From Chondromyces crocatus (GTDB taxonomy: Bacteria; Myxococcota_A; Polyangia; Polyangiales; Polyangiaceae), in assembly GCF_001189295.1 (NCBI RefSeq), contig NZ_CP012159.1, positions 4,168,525-4,232,524 on the forward strand: a stretch of DNA of 64,000 nucleotides. Reading direction: 5' to 3'. Both the position numbers and the translations under genes were made by a program. Numbering within the stretch: the first letter of the stretch is position 1; the number at the start of each line of letters is the position of its first letter. Below the pieces are notes generated by a model. It ran no database searches. It had not been told where the DNA came from and saw only the letters and a program-made list of their open reading frames with translations. Of the stretch, positions 1 through 9,953 are shown one piece after another.

Positions 1-1023
1 GGCACCCCCGTGGGCGAACCCGTCCGAGGGCTCACCGTGATCGCCATGGGGAAGCTCGGCGGCCGCGAGCTTGGCTACGGCTCCGATCTCGATGTGTTCT
101 TCCTCTTCGATCCCGCCCGTGCGACGCCTGGATCGCCTGGCGCCGGCCCCGACGCGGACACCTATTTCGCCCGCTGCGCTCGCCGCATCATCCGACTGAT
201 CTCCGTCTCCCATGGCGCCGGTCCTGGCTACGAGCTGGACACCAGGCTGCGCCCCTCCGGGAGCCAGGGCATGCTCGTCACCTCCATCGACGGTTTCGCC
301 CGGTATCACGGCATCCGGCGCGCCGGCGTGGACGCTGCGAGCGAGCGTCCGGTTGGCGTGCGAGCGGCGGCGTGGGAGCGCCTCGCCCTCCTGAGAGCCC
401 GCACGTCGGCCGGCGATCCCGAGCTCGGCGTCGAGGCCATCTCGATCGCCCAGCAGGCTGCATACGGCCACGTGGAGGATTTCAGGACGATCGTGGAGGA
501 AATCTATCGCCTGAGAGGGCGCATGGAGCGCGAGCTGTCCAACGAACGAGGAGGGCGTCGCGACCTCAAGCTCGGCCGAGGTGGCCTCGTGGACATCGAG
601 TTTGCCGTGCAACTCCTTCAGATGCGCCATGGCAACGACCCCCGTGTTCGCACCACGGACACCCTGGGCGCCATCGACGCGCTCGTTGCAGGAGGGCACC
701 TCCCTCCGGCGCAGGCGGAGACGCTGCGCGACGGATACGGATTCCTCCGCAAGCTGGATCAACGCAGTCGCGTGGTGAACGCGGACCCTTCCCATCTCCT
801 GGAGAAAGGTGCCCCTGGCGTCCCCTCGCTCGCGAGACGGATGGGCATCCGAGGCCGGAACGCGGCCGAGGCCGCAGCAGAGCTGTTCGCGAGCTACGGC
901 GAGATCACCGAGCGCGTCCGCGCCACCTACGACAGCATCGTCTCTCGACTGGGTGGCCCACCTGCCCCAGAACGCGCCGGAGCAGCCACCGAACAGAGCG
1001 CGCCCTCCTCCCGTGTCGGCTAG
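1..1023 (+). CDS. glnE: Glutamine synthetase adenylyltransferase (GlnE), C-terminal nucleotidyltransferase domain; 5' end lies outside the window
   Basis: Open frame runs from position 1. It carries the nucleotidyltransferase motif GKLGGRELGYGSDLDVFFLF and the GlnE-like block DTRLRPSGSQGMLVTSIDGFARYH. Confidence 0.65.
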   Translation, partial: GTPVGEPVRGLTVIAMGKLGGRELGYGSDLDVFFLFDPARATPGSPGAGPDADTYFARCARRIIRLISVSHGAGPGYELDTRLRPSGSQGMLVTSIDGFARYHGIRRAGVDAASERPVGVRAAAWERLALLRARTSAGDPELGVEAISIAQQAAYGHVEDFRTIVEEIYRLRGRMERELSNERGGRRDLKLGRGGLVDIEFAVQLLQMRHGNDPRVRTTDTLGAIDALVAGGHLPPAQAETLRDGYGFLRKLDQRSRVVNADPSHLLEKGAPGVPSLARRMGIRGRNAAEAAAELFASYGEITERVRATYDSIVSRLGGPPAPERAGAATEQSAPSSRVG

Positions 1024-1035
1024 GATGACCGCGCC

Positions 1036-2316
1036 ATGCGGAGCAGCGCGCTCATCCCCCTCGTGTCCTGGTGTCTGCTCCTCGGAGGACTGCGGCATGC
1101 CCACGCCGCGCCTGGAGACACGATCACCGTCTCCGTCCTGACCTACGGCCCTGGTAGCTCTGCCTTCGACAAGTTCGGTCACCAGGCCATCCGCGTCCGC
1201 GACACCGCAACGAGACAGGACCAGGTTTACAACTTCGGGACCTACGGCTTCGACTCACCAGCGCTCATCCCCAAGTTCCTGATGGGCCGGTTCCAGTACT
1301 GGCTCTCGAGCAGGAGCTACGGCGCGTCGATCCGCTCCTACGTCCGCGCGGACCGCTCGATCGTCGAGCAGGTGCTGAACCTGACACCCGCCCAGCGTGC
1401 CGAGGTGAAGCAGCGCCTCGAGACGAACCTTCTCCCCGAGAACAGGTACTACGCCTACGACTATTACCTGGACAACTGCGCCACCCGCCCACGCGATCTC
1501 ATCGACGCCGTGATCGGCGGTCGCCTCCACGAGGCCTCCAGGGAGCCTGCGCCGCTCACCTTCCGCCAGCACACGCAGCGCCTCACCTCGAGCAACGTCC
1601 CGTTCTACCTCGCCCTCCACATGGCCATGGGCCCGACGATCGACCGCCCGATCGACCGCTGGGAAGAGATGTTTCTCCCCGAGAAAGTGGAGCAAGCCCT
1701 GCGCCGCGTCACCGTGCCGGGCCCGACCGGAGAGGAGCCACTCGTGAAATCCGAGAACCGAATTCATGTCTCCGCGCGTCCTCCGGTCCCCGAAGCGCCA
1801 CCGGACTGGACTTCCCGCTTCATCGTCGTCGGAGTCCTTATCGGCGGCTTCTTCGCTGCGCTGGGGGCTGCTGCGAAGAGGAATGCCGTGGCACGCGTGG
1901 TTTTCGGAAGTGCACTCGCCCTCGTCGGCCTCGTGCTGGGGTTCTTCGGCTTCCTGTTCGTCTTCCTGTGGCTTTGCACCGACCACACCGTCGCCTTCCG
2001 CAACGAGAACATCCTCCAGATGGCCCCCTGGACGCTGCTCCTCGCCGCGTATGGCATCGGCGTCGCGCGAGGGCGTGCCCCTTCCATCCAGAAAGCCTTC
2101 CGCGTGACGGCCGCGGCTGCCGGAGCGTCATTGCTCGGCCTCCTGCTCGAGGTGGCCCCCTGGTTCTCTCAGGACAACGCCGCCTTCATCGCCCTCGCCT
2201 TGCCCCTGTGGTCGGGTGCAGCGGTGGGCACATGGCTGCTCCAGGAAAAGTCGGCGAAAGCGTCAGCCCAGGACCCAGCGCAGGCCACGGCGTCGACGGA
2301 AGGCGTCAGCAACTGA
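1036..2316 (+). CDS. Signal-peptide protein with DUF4105/Lnb-like N-domain and C-terminal multi-TM segment
   Basis: N-terminal hydrophobic signal (LIPLVSWCLLLGG...AHAAP), then motifs YGPGSSAFDKFGHQAIRV and YNFGTYGF, then several C-terminal hydrophobic helices. Family assignment is from memory. Confidence 0.4.
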   Translation: MRSSALIPLVSWCLLLGGLRHAHAAPGDTITVSVLTYGPGSSAFDKFGHQAIRVRDTATRQDQVYNFGTYGFDSPALIPKFLMGRFQYWLSSRSYGASIRSYVRADRSIVEQVLNLTPAQRAEVKQRLETNLLPENRYYAYDYYLDNCATRPRDLIDAVIGGRLHEASREPAPLTFRQHTQRLTSSNVPFYLALHMAMGPTIDRPIDRWEEMFLPEKVEQALRRVTVPGPTGEEPLVKSENRIHVSARPPVPEAPPDWTSRFIVVGVLIGGFFAALGAAAKRNAVARVVFGSALALVGLVLGFFGFLFVFLWLCTDHTVAFRNENILQMAPWTLLLAAYGIGVARGRAPSIQKAFRVTAAAAGASLLGLLLEVAPWFSQDNAAFIALALPLWSGAAVGTWLLQEKSAKASAQDPAQATASTEGVSN

Positions 2317-2340
2317 CTCCTCCTGTATGCTCCGACCTCG

Positions 2341-2919
2341 ATGAGCCTCGTTTACGTTTTCGCGCTCGTCGTGTCGCTGGGGCTGTTTCTGGTCCAGGCC
2401 CTCATGGGCGGTGAGAAGGGCGACATCGACGCCGATCACGACGTCGGTGAGGCATGGCACGGGAGCGCTGGATCCAAGGATCTGGGCGTCATCGGCGCCC
2501 AGGGCACTCTCTCCACGCTGAAGTCTACGCGCTTCTGGCTCTTCTTCGCGCTCGGTTTCGGCCTGTCGGGCTCGCTGCTGCACTACCTGGATCTTGCCGA
2601 CGACGTGACCACCATCGTGACGTCTCTGGCCACCGGTCTCGTCTCCGGAGCGATCGTCGCATTCGCGTTTCGAGCGGTTCAGCGCACCTCCGCGAGCTCT
2701 TCGACAGGCCTCTCCGAGGCCGTCGGCCGCACGGGACGCGTCCTCGTGTCGGTGAACCGAGAAAAGGTCGGTCAGGTTCGCGTCGAACTCAAGGGTCACA
2801 GCGTCGACATCCTGGCGATCACCGACGAAGAGGAACTAGCGCGCGGTGAGGCCATCCTCATCGAGTCCCTCGAAGGTCAGAAAGCGCGCATCGTCCGACT
2901 CCCTCCTGAACTGAAGTGA
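2341..2919 (+). CDS. NfeD-like membrane protein (short form, OB-fold C-domain), partner of the flotillins
   Basis: Two N-terminal TM helices and a beta-rich C-terminus (GRVLVSVNREKVGQVRVELKGHSVDILAITDEE...GEAILIESLEG). It sits immediately upstream of the SPFH genes, as in yuaF-yuaG / yqiJ-yqiK operons. Confidence 0.6.
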   Translation: MSLVYVFALVVSLGLFLVQALMGGEKGDIDADHDVGEAWHGSAGSKDLGVIGAQGTLSTLKSTRFWLFFALGFGLSGSLLHYLDLADDVTTIVTSLATGLVSGAIVAFAFRAVQRTSASSSTGLSEAVGRTGRVLVSVNREKVGQVRVELKGHSVDILAITDEEELARGEAILIESLEGQKARIVRLPPELK

Positions 2920-2969
2920 GCAGCAGTCAAGCGGTACCGGCATCCGCACGTGGCTGATACGCTCGGAGG

Positions 2970-4331
2970 ATGTGGCATCCTCTATACCTCAGTGCTGCCG
3001 AAGCGATGCAGCGTGAGGCCACGCGGCGGGGGCGGGCCGGAACGGGTCCTCTCGACGACGGTCTCATCCTGGTGCTCGCCGCCGCCGTCGGCGTCGTCGT
3101 CGTCTTCGCGATCTTCCTGCTCCTCCTCCGGAGCTTTCTCAACATCTGCAAGCCCAACGAGATCCTCGTCTTCAGCGGGCGCAGGCACGTCCTCCCCGAT
3201 GGGACCGTGAGTGGGTACAAGATCCTCCACGGCGGACGTGGCTTCCGGGTCCCCTTCCTGGAAATGGTGAGCCGGATGGACATGCGGCTCTTCCCCGTGG
3301 AAGTGACCGTCCAGAATGCCTACTCGAAGGGTGGCATCCCCCTCAGCGTCCATGCCATCGCCAACGTGAAGATCGCCAGCAGCGACGCCAGCGTCCGCAA
3401 CGCGGTCGAGCGCTTCCTCAACGCCAGACCCGCTCAGATCGCGATGGCCGCCCAGCAGACCCTGGAAGGCGTGCTACGCGAGGTCGTATCTCAGCTCACG
3501 CCGGAAGAGGTGAACGAGGACCGGCTGAAGTTTGCCGACACCTTGATGGAGCACGCACGCGACGACTTCGACAAGCTCGGTCTCGAACTCGACGTCCTGA
3601 AGGTGCAGCACGTGTCCGACGAGCAGCACTACCTCGAGAACCTCGGCCGTGGCCGGATCGCTACCATGCTCCGCGATGCGGCGAACGCCGAGAACGCCGC
3701 GAGCCAGGCCGTCGCCGAGGCCCAGGCCGCCGCCCGGCAGCGGGCAGAGACGGCGATGAAGCGCGCAGAGACGGTCATCGCGCAGAAGCGCAACGGCGTG
3801 CGTGGCGAGCTGGCCCGCTTCGAGGCCGACGCGCGACAGGTGGAAAACGAAGCGGACATCGCCGCGCAGACCGCGCGTGCCGTGGCCGAACAGGAGCTGC
3901 AATCGATGCGTGCCGAGCTGGAACGACTGCGCCTCCACTGCGACGTCGTCCTTCCCGCCGAAGCGCAGCGCCGCGCCGGCGAGCTGAGAGCGCGCGGAGA
4001 GGCAGCGCCCACCGTGGAGAACGGCAAAGCCGCCGCCGAAGCCCTGCGCCTCGTCGCTCACGAATGGTCGGTGGCAGGCCGTGCTGGCAAGGACGTCTAC
4101 GTGTTGCAGCAGCTCCGCTCCCTGGTTGCCGCCGCGGCGCTCCGGGTCGCGCGCACCGAGCTGGGTGAGGTCTCCGTCGTCGCCGGAGCCGAGGACGACG
4201 CCCTCAGCGCCGTCGTGGCCAGCTACCCCGCGGCCGTCGCTCGCGTACTCCAAGAGACGGGACACGCGCTTGGGATCGATATCCGCGCCCTCATCGGCGC
4301 TCCGGTCGCCAGCGTCGAAGGGAGGGGGTGA
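2970..4331 (+). CDS. Flotillin / SPFH (band-7) family protein, paralog 1
   Basis: N-terminal TM, then the SPFH core (PNEILVFSGRR...GYKILHGGRGFRVPFLEMVSRMDMRLFPVEV...YSKGGIPLSVHAIANVKI) and an Ala/Glu/Arg-rich coiled-coil flotillin tail. Confidence 0.85.
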   Translation: MWHPLYLSAAEAMQREATRRGRAGTGPLDDGLILVLAAAVGVVVVFAIFLLLLRSFLNICKPNEILVFSGRRHVLPDGTVSGYKILHGGRGFRVPFLEMVSRMDMRLFPVEVTVQNAYSKGGIPLSVHAIANVKIASSDASVRNAVERFLNARPAQIAMAAQQTLEGVLREVVSQLTPEEVNEDRLKFADTLMEHARDDFDKLGLELDVLKVQHVSDEQHYLENLGRGRIATMLRDAANAENAASQAVAEAQAAARQRAETAMKRAETVIAQKRNGVRGELARFEADARQVENEADIAAQTARAVAEQELQSMRAELERLRLHCDVVLPAEAQRRAGELRARGEAAPTVENGKAAAEALRLVAHEWSVAGRAGKDVYVLQQLRSLVAAAALRVARTELGEVSVVAGAEDDALSAVVASYPAAVARVLQETGHALGIDIRALIGAPVASVEGRG

Positions 4332-4334
4332 GCC

Positions 4335-5699
4335 ATGGAAATCCTCGTCGTTGTTCTCGTCGTCGGGCTCCTGGTCGTGAGCCTCCTCGTTTACACCCTG
4401 AAGAGCCTGCTCGTGGTGAGCTCCCCGAACGAGGTCGTCATCCTCTCGGGCAGCGAAAACCAGGTAGAGGGCCGCACCGTCGGCTACCGCTCGATCCGCG
4501 GCGGCCGTGCCGTACGCATCCCCCTGCTCGAGTCCGTCGATCGCATGGATCTCAGCAACATCGCCGTCGAGATCTGGGTGAAGGGGGCCTACTCGAAGGG
4601 AGGCATCCCCTTGAACGTGAACGGCGTTGCCCACGTGAAGCTCCCGGGAGAGGAGCCGCGGCTGTCCAACGCCGTCGAACGCTTCCTCGGGCGCAGCCGC
4701 GAGGACATCGCGTCGGTCGCCCGAGAGACCCTCGAAGGCAACGTCCGCGGCGTGCTCGCGCAGCTCACGCCTGAAGAGGCGAACCAGGACAAAGAGGCCT
4801 TCGTGAGCAAGCTGCTCGACGAAGCCGAGCACGACATGCTCCGCATGGGGCTCATCCTCGACACCCTCAAGATCCAGAACGTCACTGACGACGCCAATTA
4901 CCTGAACTCGATCGGGCGTATTCGAGGCGCGAAGGTGAGGATGAGCGCCAGTGTCGTCGAGGCCACCACCCAGGCCGAGGCCGCGGAGCAGAAATCCGAC
5001 AACTGGGCGAAGAGCGAGATCGCCAAGCTCGACGCTGATTTGGCCATCGCCCACCAGGAGACCGACCGGCGCATCAAGGACGCCCAGAGTCGGCGAGAGG
5101 CCATGATCGCCGAGTCCCGAGGTGTCGTCCTCGCCCAGATCGCCCAGGCCCGCGCCGAGATCGAGCGGCAGAAGGCGCGCGCAGTGCAGGTCGAGCGCCA
5201 GCTCGAAGCCGACGTCATCCAGCCGGAAGACGCCGAACGTCGGCGCATGGAGGAGGAAGCTCGAGGCGACGCAGCGAAGATCATCGAGCTCGGACGCGCC
5301 GAAGCGCAGGCCCTGCATAGCCTGGTCGAGCAGTTCCAGAAGGCAGGCCCGCACGCGCGCGAGGTCCTGGCCCTTCAGCAGACCATGCCGCTCCTCTCTC
5401 ACATCGTCGGCGCGCAGCACCCCGTGCGGATCCAGAAGCTCAGCTTCCTCCCCGCGACCTCGGGTGACAGCTCCCTGGCACGTCAGGCCATTGCCACCTC
5501 GGAGCAGATCCGAGCCGTCACCGGCGTCGATCTCGCGGACGTCGCAGCACGGCTGGGCGGCGGACCCGGCCGAACGGTGCCCCCTCCCGCCGCGTTGCCC
5601 GCGCCCTCGCGGCCTCTGCCCTCCGCACCGCCACCCCCGCGGACGACCCCACCCACTGCCCAGACGCGGACGCCGAGCCCGGCAAAGCAGACGACATGA
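4335..5699 (+). CDS. Flotillin / SPFH family protein, paralog 2 (tandem with paralog 1)
   Basis: Same architecture (PNEVVILSGSEN...GYRSIRGGRAVRIPLLESVDRMDLSNIAVEI...YSKGGIPLNVNGVAHVKL). Starts 4 bp after the previous stop. Confidence 0.85.
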   Translation: MEILVVVLVVGLLVVSLLVYTLKSLLVVSSPNEVVILSGSENQVEGRTVGYRSIRGGRAVRIPLLESVDRMDLSNIAVEIWVKGAYSKGGIPLNVNGVAHVKLPGEEPRLSNAVERFLGRSREDIASVARETLEGNVRGVLAQLTPEEANQDKEAFVSKLLDEAEHDMLRMGLILDTLKIQNVTDDANYLNSIGRIRGAKVRMSASVVEATTQAEAAEQKSDNWAKSEIAKLDADLAIAHQETDRRIKDAQSRREAMIAESRGVVLAQIAQARAEIERQKARAVQVERQLEADVIQPEDAERRRMEEEARGDAAKIIELGRAEAQALHSLVEQFQKAGPHAREVLALQQTMPLLSHIVGAQHPVRIQKLSFLPATSGDSSLARQAIATSEQIRAVTGVDLADVAARLGGGPGRTVPPPAALPAPSRPLPSAPPPPRTTPPTAQTRTPSPAKQTT

Positions 5700-5723
5700 A
5701 TTCGTAACTCCACTGTCACCGAA

Positions 5724-5759
5724 CTGCAGGACAGAATGGCCTCACGCCCTGTCCTGCAG
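5724..5759 (+). terminator. Perfect 11-bp inverted repeat (ctgcaggacag / ctgtcctgcag, 14-nt loop) 25 bp after the flotillin-2 stop; candidate intrinsic terminator
   Basis: Stem-loop read directly from the sequence. There is no U-tract, which is common in high-GC genomes. Confidence 0.35.
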
Positions 5760-6062
5760 GGGCCTCGTGGTCATGCCACCGGCAGTCGACCCAGCCCGTC
5801 CAGACATGGACGACACCGGCGCCGCTCCGGCGCTCAGCGATTCTCTACTCCCTCCCGCATTTCAACCTGCGCGTTGCGTGATTCGTCCCACGAATCGCGC
5901 GCCCTCCGGCGCCCCTCCTCGCTACACCGTGAGTCGACGTGCTTCGCCGCTGCGACACGATGCGCGAGGGCAGCCTCTCCAATGCAGTGAGCAGCAAATT
6001 GCCGCGTCGCGTCATGTGCCATGAACCTGTTCTTTTGAAAGCAACCGCCTTTCAACGCCGAG

Positions 6063-7166
6063 TTGCCCTCTGGTACGTTGCACGCGGCTATGACTTTGCC
6101 CCCCCTCCACCCCGGTCTCACTGCGAAAACCCATACGACCGAGCGTCTTTCGACGCACGTGCTGGCGAACGACAGAGAGGGGGTGCCGGTGGTGTTCATC
6201 CACGGCAACTGCTCCACCGGGCGCTTTTTCGAGGATGTGCTCGTGGCGCTGCCCGAGGGCTTTCGTGGCATTGCACCCGATCTACGTGGCTATGGTGATT
6301 CGGAGGCTCGCGGTGTCGACGCCACGCGCGGACTCCGTGATTATTCGGAGGACCTCCACGCATTGCTCCACCACCCTGAGCTCGGCGCGAAAGGCGCGAA
6401 AGTCCACCTCGTCGGGTGGTCCGTGGGCGGCGGGGTCGTCATGCAATACGCCATCGACCACCCCGAGGAGGTCGCCTCCCTCACGCTCATTGCGCCGCTC
6501 TCGCCCTATGGTTTCGGCGGAACGAAAGACACCTCGGGGACGCCCTGCTTCGACGATTTCGCGGGCTCCGGCGGCGGGACCGCCAACCCGGACTTCGTGA
6601 AGCGCCTCCTCGCAGGCGATCGCAGCGATGAGGCCGACACCTCGCCCCGCAAGGTGATGAACCAGTACTACTTCAAGCCCCCTTTCCGGGTCTCGCCAGA
6701 GAAGGAAGACCTCTTCGTCTCCGAGATCCTGAAGATGAAGGTGGGCGACGGCAATTACCCTGGTGAGCCCACCGAATCGAAGAACTGGCCGAACGTCGCG
6801 CCCGGACAGCACGGCATGAACAACGCCTTCGCCCCGAAGCATTACAACGCCTCTCGCTTTGCGGAGGTGAATCCGCAGCCGCCGGTGCTCTGGATCCGAG
6901 GCTCCGAAGATCAGATCGTCTCGGACCACTCCCTGTTCGATCTCGGCTTCCTGGGCAAGCTCGGCGCCGTCCCGGGCTGGCCGGGCGAGGAGATCGTTCC
7001 CCCGCAGCCCATGGTCGGCCAGACCCGCGCCGTGCTCGACGCGTACCGCGCGCGAGGTGGCAGCGCCCGCGAAGAGGTCCTGCCTGGCGTCGGCCATTCG
7101 CCCCACATCGAAGCCCCAGCGGCATTTCTCCAGATCTTCACCACGTTTCTGAAGGAGGTTCAGTGA
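6063..7166 (+). CDS. Alpha/beta-fold hydrolase
   Basis: VVFIHGNCSTGRFFEDV...PDLRGYGDSE, nucleophile-elbow context HLVGWSVGGGV, C-terminal GVGHSPHIE. An alternative start is at 6090. Confidence 0.7.
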   Translation: MPSGTLHAAMTLPPLHPGLTAKTHTTERLSTHVLANDREGVPVVFIHGNCSTGRFFEDVLVALPEGFRGIAPDLRGYGDSEARGVDATRGLRDYSEDLHALLHHPELGAKGAKVHLVGWSVGGGVVMQYAIDHPEEVASLTLIAPLSPYGFGGTKDTSGTPCFDDFAGSGGGTANPDFVKRLLAGDRSDEADTSPRKVMNQYYFKPPFRVSPEKEDLFVSEILKMKVGDGNYPGEPTESKNWPNVAPGQHGMNNAFAPKHYNASRFAEVNPQPPVLWIRGSEDQIVSDHSLFDLGFLGKLGAVPGWPGEEIVPPQPMVGQTRAVLDAYRARGGSAREEVLPGVGHSPHIEAPAAFLQIFTTFLKEVQ

Positions 7167-8164
7167 GCACAGGGCGCTTTGCAGCGATTGCCGGGACGGG
7201 TCGATACGTCCCCGAGCGCGTGATGACCAATGCCGACGTCGAGGCCCTGCTGGGGGAGTCGGTCGACGCCTGGCTGAGGGAGCGGGTGGGCATCATCGAG
7301 CGACACGTGATGTCGGACCAGGAGACCACCTCCGACCTGGCTGCCGCCGCCGCGCGGCAGGCCCTCGAGCGGGCAGGGGTCGCCCCCGAAGATCTGGATC
7401 TGATCATCGTGGCGTCGGACACCCCGGACTACCTGAGCCCCGGGACCGCCTCTCCCTTGCAGTCCAAGCTGGGGGCCCGCAAGGCTGGCACCTTCGACGT
7501 GAACTGCGCATGTGCCTCGTGGGTCACGGCCCTCGACGTCGGCGCCAAGACCATCGTCGCCGACCCTGACTACAACAACGTGCTCGTCGTCGGCGCCTAC
7601 GGGATGACCCGCTACGTCGACTGGAAAGACAAGTACACCTGCACCCTCTTCGCCGATGGCGCCGGCGCCGTCGTGCTGCGCGCGTCCACGGAGCCAGGCG
7701 TCTTCGCCGCTCGCCTCAGCGCGCATGGCGACTTCCACGACGCCCTCGGCATCTACACCGGAGGCACCGCCCGACCGGCCACCGTCGAGGAGGTGACGAC
7801 CCGCGGCAAGCCGCGCGTCCAGTTCGTCCGGAAGTTCCCCGCCACCTTCAACTCCGAGCACTGGCCCCCCCTCGTTCATGGCGCCCTGCGGAAGGCTGGG
7901 CTCGGCCTCGACGACATCCAGCTCTTCCTGTTCACGCAGCTCAACCTGCGCACCATCGAAGGGATGATGGGCATCCTGGAGCAGCCGATCGAGAAGGCGC
8001 ACTGGATCATGGACAAGTGGGGCTACACCGGCTCCGCGTGCATCCCCATGGCGCTCGACGATGCCGCGCAGCAGGGCAAGATCAAGCGGGGCGACAACAT
8101 CGTTCTGTGCGCGAGCGGCGGTGGAATCGCCATGGGCGCGGCCGTCGTGCGCTGGACGCTCTGA
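7163..8164 (+). CDS. 3-oxoacyl-ACP synthase III (FabH/KAS III-like)
   Basis: Active-site Cys context FDVNCACASWVTALDVGAK and a C-terminal GYTGSACIPMALD...GDNIVLCASGGG; length and order are those of FabH. The GTG start overlaps the upstream stop (GTGA). Confidence 0.8.
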   Translation: MSTGRFAAIAGTGRYVPERVMTNADVEALLGESVDAWLRERVGIIERHVMSDQETTSDLAAAAARQALERAGVAPEDLDLIIVASDTPDYLSPGTASPLQSKLGARKAGTFDVNCACASWVTALDVGAKTIVADPDYNNVLVVGAYGMTRYVDWKDKYTCTLFADGAGAVVLRASTEPGVFAARLSAHGDFHDALGIYTGGTARPATVEEVTTRGKPRVQFVRKFPATFNSEHWPPLVHGALRKAGLGLDDIQLFLFTQLNLRTIEGMMGILEQPIEKAHWIMDKWGYTGSACIPMALDDAAQQGKIKRGDNIVLCASGGGIAMGAAVVRWTL

Positions 8165-8366
8165 CATCCCCAGGGCTGGGGCTCGCACGCTGTTTTCTGC
8201 GCGATGAGCGTCGCGTCCGGAGACGGCAGGGCGAGACCCAGCTCGTCGCACGTGGAGCGCCATGGGGTGAGCCCTCGACGGGCCTGGCGCGTCGGGAAGG
8301 CGGGGGCGTGAGCCCTCGCCCTTGAAATCAGCAGGGACGAGGAAAGCAGCGGGGCAGGAGCGGACT

Positions 8367-9953
8367 ATGTACATCGGAGACTGGATGGACCGCGGAGAGC
8401 GCTACTGGCCCGAAGCGCTCGCCATCGTCGATGCCGCGAAGGGCGAAACGGGACGATTCACCTACCGACAGATGAACCGTCGAGCGAACCGCCTCGCGCG
8501 GTGGCTGAGGGACACCGCCGGGATCCAACGCGGCGACCGTGTCGGCTTCCTCGGCATGAACGGTGTCGAGTGCCTGGATCTGCTCTTCGCGTGCGGCAAG
8601 ATTGGCGCCATCTTCGTCCCCTTCAACTGGCGCAGCCACCCGCGTGAACTCATCGACCTGTTCGGCAGGACCAAGCCGAAGGTGCTCGTGTTCGACGACG
8701 AGTTCCGCGCTGCGGCGAGCGAAGTGCTCCCGTGTGCTCCGAGCGTCACGCACGCCCTCCACCTCGGCGGACCTGGTGTGCGCTGGGCGCCGAGCGATCC
8801 TGGTGGAGATGCCACGCCGGCGATGGCACCGACGAACGACAGCCGACCCTACGAAACGACGCTCGCGGACATCGACGATGGCAGCGTGACCAACGACGCC
8901 GTGGATGCGGAAGACATCCTCCTTCTGCTGTTCACGGGAGGCACGACGGGCCTGCCCAAGGCTGCCCAGATCTCGTACCGGATGGTCGCGTGGAACACGT
9001 TGAACACCGTCATCCACGAGCTTCAGCGAGGTGACGTCACCATCTCCCACACCCCGATGTTCCATACCGGAGGACTCCTCGTTTACACCCTGCCGCTGCT
9101 GACGCTGGGCGGGACGGTGGTGATCATGCGCAAGTGGGGCCCCGAAGAGATGCTCGAGCTCATCGAGCGGGAGCAAGTGTCTCTGCTCTTCTGCGTCCCC
9201 ACGCAGTTCCAGCTCATGATGGATGCGCCTCGGTTCTCGCGGACCTCGTTCCAGAGCGTCCGCTTCCTGACGAGCGGCGGCGCCCCCTTGCCGATCCACG
9301 TCATCCACCGTTACCGGGAGTCCCACGGCGTCGTCTTCAAGCAAGGCTTCGGCATGACCGAGTTCGGTCCCGGCATCTTCTCCATGTCCCCCGAGTTCGC
9401 GGAGACCAAGGCAGGGAGCATCGGCAGACCGAACTACTTCATCGACGCGCGCATCGTGGACGACGAGAGCAACCCTGTCCCCAGCGGCGTCATCGGCGAG
9501 CTGGTCCTCAAGGGCCCCGCGGTCTGCTCGGGATACTTCGAGGACGCCGCAGCGCTACAGCAATCCGTGGATGCTCAGGGGTGGTTTCACACGGGCGACA
9601 TGGCCCGCATGGACGACGACGGCTTCTACTACATCGCCGATCGCAAGAAGGACATGTTCATCTCCGGCGGAGAGAACGTCTATCCCGTCGAGATCGAGCG
9701 TGTTCTCTACCAGATCGGGGCCATCGCCCAGTGTGCCGTCTTCGGTGTGCCCGATGCGAAGTGGGGTGAAGTCGGCCTCGCTGCCGTGGTGCTACGCCCG
9801 GGAACCTCCGTGACCAGCGACGACCTGATCGAGCACTGTCGCGCGAACCTGGCGCGTTACAAGGTCCCGAAGTCGGTCGTCTTCCTCGAGCAACTGCCGA
9901 TCTCCGCAGCCGGCAAGATCTTGAAGCGAGAGCTACGGGACCGCTTTTCCTGA
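8367..9953 (+). CDS. AMP-dependent synthetase/ligase (acyl-CoA ligase)
   Basis: AMP-binding motif LLLFTGGTTGLPKAAQ, then GFGMTEFG, WFHTGDMARMDDDGFYYIADRKKDMFISGGENVYPVEIE and a terminal PISAAGKILKREL. The ORF is open from 8322; the ATG at 8367 is preferred. Confidence 0.8.
   Translation: MYIGDWMDRGERYWPEALAIVDAAKGETGRFTYRQMNRRANRLARWLRDTAGIQRGDRVGFLGMNGVECLDLLFACGKIGAIFVPFNWRSHPRELIDLFGRTKPKVLVFDDEFRAAASEVLPCAPSVTHALHLGGPGVRWAPSDPGGDATPAMAPTNDSRPYETTLADIDDGSVTNDAVDAEDILLLLFTGGTTGLPKAAQISYRMVAWNTLNTVIHELQRGDVTISHTPMFHTGGLLVYTLPLLTLGGTVVIMRKWGPEEMLELIEREQVSLLFCVPTQFQLMMDAPRFSRTSFQSVRFLTSGGAPLPIHVIHRYRESHGVVFKQGFGMTEFGPGIFSMSPEFAETKAGSIGRPNYFIDARIVDDESNPVPSGVIGELVLKGPAVCSGYFEDAAALQQSVDAQGWFHTGDMARMDDDGFYYIADRKKDMFISGGENVYPVEIERVLYQIGAIAQCAVFGVPDAKWGEVGLAAVVLRPGTSVTSDDLIEHCRANLARYKVPKSVVFLEQLPISAAGKILKRELRDRFS

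Noticed and set aside
3474-5420. 648-aa ORF antisense to the two flotillin genes; similar giant antisense/overlapping ORFs at 16121-18190(-), 25447-31062(+), 31105-32586(+), 33354-35651(-), 36533-38431(-), 37837-41496(-), 56836-60972(-), 57840-59981(-)
   Set aside because: Translations are Arg/Ala/Gly/Pro-rich low-complexity with no motifs. They lie opposite or out of frame with well-supported genes. Open frames like this are expected from ~70% GC (stop-codon depletion), so they are not called.
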